From positions 1-34,677 of IMG/VR virus record IMGVR_UViG_3300020044_002928: DNA of 34,677 nucleotides. One strand, 5' to 3'. Below, piece after piece: positions 32,898-34,677 of this stretch. How positions within the stretch are numbered: position 1 is the stretch's first letter; the number at the start of each line of letters is the position of its first letter. The position numbers were made by a program, and so were the translations under genes. The notes below the pieces were generated by a model. It saw only the letters and a program-made list of their open reading frames with translations. It had not been told where the DNA came from and did no database searches. The stretch is from a virus. Taxonomy: Duplodnaviria > Caudoviricetes.

Positions 32898-34345
32898 ATC
32901 GCTGCCCTTTCTTCTGCCGTCAGGCCGTTGGTTGTTTGAGCATCGCGCATACCGACCTTCTTGGCAAGTCGCGACGCCTCTTGCCCGCAGATAACATTGA
33001 ATGCCCACTGCGTAGGATTCTTGTATCCGCGCTTGCGTGCGACACTGGTGAGAACTCGATGCCTCTTCTGCATCAATCCCTCTTGCGTGCTGATGTCTGG
33101 ATCATCGTCCCGGCTGGTCATCACCAGATCGCCATCAACATGCTTCACTTTTCTAGCCGCGACAGGATAAACGTGGCCGCACATGGGGCATGTAGGCGTC
33201 GGCTTGTGAACAGCGAAGCAGGCGGTGCATGTCCGAACAGACACGACCTTCTCCGCATTCTTGCCGCGTCCCGTTACAAAGCCATCGGCAAGGCTCCATT
33301 CTCTCTCATCGTCAATGAATCCATGACGGGCGGTGTTGCCTGCGTGATCAAGGATAATCGTGCGCTCCTTGTCGGGGTGCGGTCTGATCGCTCGACCGCA
33401 TTGCTGCAGGAACAGGCTTAGGGATTTCGTCGGGCGCAGCAGGATTGCGACCTCGACGGACGGAAGATCGAAGCCCTCACTCACCAGATCACAGCTGGTC
33501 AGGATCTGAACACGGCCATCCTCGAAGGCTTTTAAAATACCATCCCGCTCAGTGTCGTCCATACCACCATCGATGTGGCTGGCTGCATAGCCAGCGTTGC
33601 GGAAGTCCTCTGCCACATCCTTGGCGTGCTTGATGCTGACGCAGAACGCGATTGCCTTCCTGCCCGGCGCGTATTTACCATAGTGCTTGACCGCGCTGCC
33701 GGTGATAATCGGCTTGTCCATCGCGTCTTCGAGCTGCTTGGAAACGAAGTCCCCCATGCGCGTGCCGACAGAGCCCAGATCAGGCGTGCTCGGCGCATAT
33801 ACAATGGCGGGGGACAGGAAGCCCTGCGCGGTCAGCTCAGCGACTGTAGGCCCCATCACCATGTCATCGAACATCTGGCCCATACCTTTGCCGTCAAGGC
33901 GCTCAGGCGTAGCCGTAACACCCAGTACGCGGGCAGTCGGGAAGCCAGCGACAGCCTTGCCCCAGCTGCTGTCAGGGGTGAAGTGATGCGCCTCGTCGCC
34001 AATGATTAGGTCGAACGGCTTCATCATCTTCATGCGCCGCACCAGCGTGAACACGGATGCCACCACCACATTGGCAATGGGAATGCCCGGCGTCCCGCCA
34101 GACAGGACGGCATGAGATACACCCACCTTCCTCAGTGCGCTGCTGATTTGCTTGAGCAGCTCACGCCTGTGAGCCACGATCAGGATGCGCTTGTTGTTGC
34201 GCGCCATGCCTGCCGCGATGTAGCTGAAGATCACCGTCTTGCCCGATCCCGTAGGGGAAACGAGCAGTGGCTTCTTGTGCCCAGCGCGAAAGCTGTCACG
34301 CACAGCCTGAACGGCTGATTCTTGGTAGTCTCTAAGCTGAACCAT
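32855..34345 (-). CDS. Superfamily 2 DExH helicase with C-terminal Zn ribbon (RadD/YejH-like phage helicase)
   Basis: ATG 34345 with AAGGA RBS. LRDYQ, PTGSGKT, DEAHH, TATP, EGFD.P, QQCGR.IR and CTAC...CPMCG motifs. Confidence 0.93.
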   Translation of the reverse strand: MVQLRDYQESAVQAVRDSFRAGHKKPLLVSPTGSGKTVIFSYIAAGMARNNKRILIVAHRRELLKQISSALRKVGVSHAVLSGGTPGIPIANVVVASVFTLVRRMKMMKPFDLIIGDEAHHFTPDSSWGKAVAGFPTARVLGVTATPERLDGKGMGQMFDDMVMGPTVAELTAQGFLSPAIVYAPSTPDLGSVGTRMGDFVSKQLEDAMDKPIITGSAVKHYGKYAPGRKAIAFCVSIKHAKDVAEDFRNAGYAASHIDGGMDDTERDGILKAFEDGRVQILTSCDLVSEGFDLPSVEVAILLRPTKSLSLFLQQCGRAIRPHPDKERTIILDHAGNTARHGFIDDEREWSLADGFVTGRGKNAEKVVSVRTCTACFAVHKPTPTCPMCGHVYPVAARKVKHVDGDLVMTSRDDDPDISTQEGLMQKRHRVLTSVARKRGYKNPTQWAFNVICGQEASRLAKKVGMRDAQTTNGLTAEERAAIWKMTMGKTQDSIR

Positions 34346-34434
34346 GTGTTTCCTTATGTGGCAGACTATCTTCGCCCCGGCCTGCCAGCAGGGTTCCAAA
34401 GTGCCTTAACGACACGACCGAAGCTGATACTCTA

Positions 34435-34677
34435 TCACTCTGCCCGCCATACCTGCGTCGATGTCTTGATGTCAGTCGGCCAGCCAGTGTCTTCAGTGAA
34501 GCTGCGCTCATCGAACAGAACCATGTTCGTCGGCCTGATCAGCAGCCGATCACCCTTCGTTCGCATGAACATGAACTCCTTGCTCTGGTCAGGTGACGCA
34601 CTGAATCCGTCGCCGTGTGGGCAGGCGGTGAACAGACAGGTCGCCCGGTCATCGCCGCCGTCGTAACGCGCCTCTAG
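34435..34677 (-). CDS. Hypothetical phage protein, C-terminal fragment (5'-truncated by window)
   Basis: Not in ORF track. Open frame from the window edge: LEARYDGGDDRATCLFTACPHGDGFSASPDQSKEFMF...RPTNMVLFDERSF...QVWRAE*. Confidence 0.65.
   Translation of the reverse strand, partial: LEARYDGGDDRATCLFTACPHGDGFSASPDQSKEFMFMRTKGDRLLIRPTNMVLFDERSFTEDTGWPTDIKTSTQVWRAE

Noticed and set aside
1-34677. Stop-codon reassignment, introns/inteins, tRNAs, integrase
   Set aside because: The standard code gives near-complete coding density with TAA, TAG and TGA all used as stops. Helicase and RecT motifs are uninterrupted, and no cloverleaf or integrase motif was seen.

Overview
A 34.7 kb segment of a tailed dsDNA bacteriophage genome, probably podovirus-like: there is no major tail or tape-measure gene, but there are adaptor, nozzle and three or four ejection-type genes. 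The host is probably an alphaproteobacterium, inferred from the PNFGRKSL signature of a phage-encoded RNA polymerase alpha-CTD. The + strand (1-29372) is one tightly coupled late operon. In order it holds the 3' end of the major capsid gene, a decoration-like protein, a cluster of small basic proteins, a head-tail adaptor, a Zn-finger protein, a fibre and a ferritin-like protein. Next comes a lysis region (holin candidates, GH19 endolysin) interrupted by an unexplained three-gene exported/membrane cassette that includes a NIDO-like domain. After that come a second adaptor, tail fibres with an AT-rich variable receptor-binding gene, a nozzle, ejection proteins and a 2258-aa polyvalent protein (DdrB-like ParB + zincin metallopeptidase + LPD38-like). 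The - strand (29393-34677) is a convergent early/recombination module: SSB-like, RecT, RHH-like regulator, YqaJ exonuclease, coiled-coil/alpha-CTD fusion, VRR-NUC and SF2 helicase. No tRNA, rRNA, CRISPR array, integrase or transposase was seen. Family assignments come from motif recognition by eye, not from database searches.
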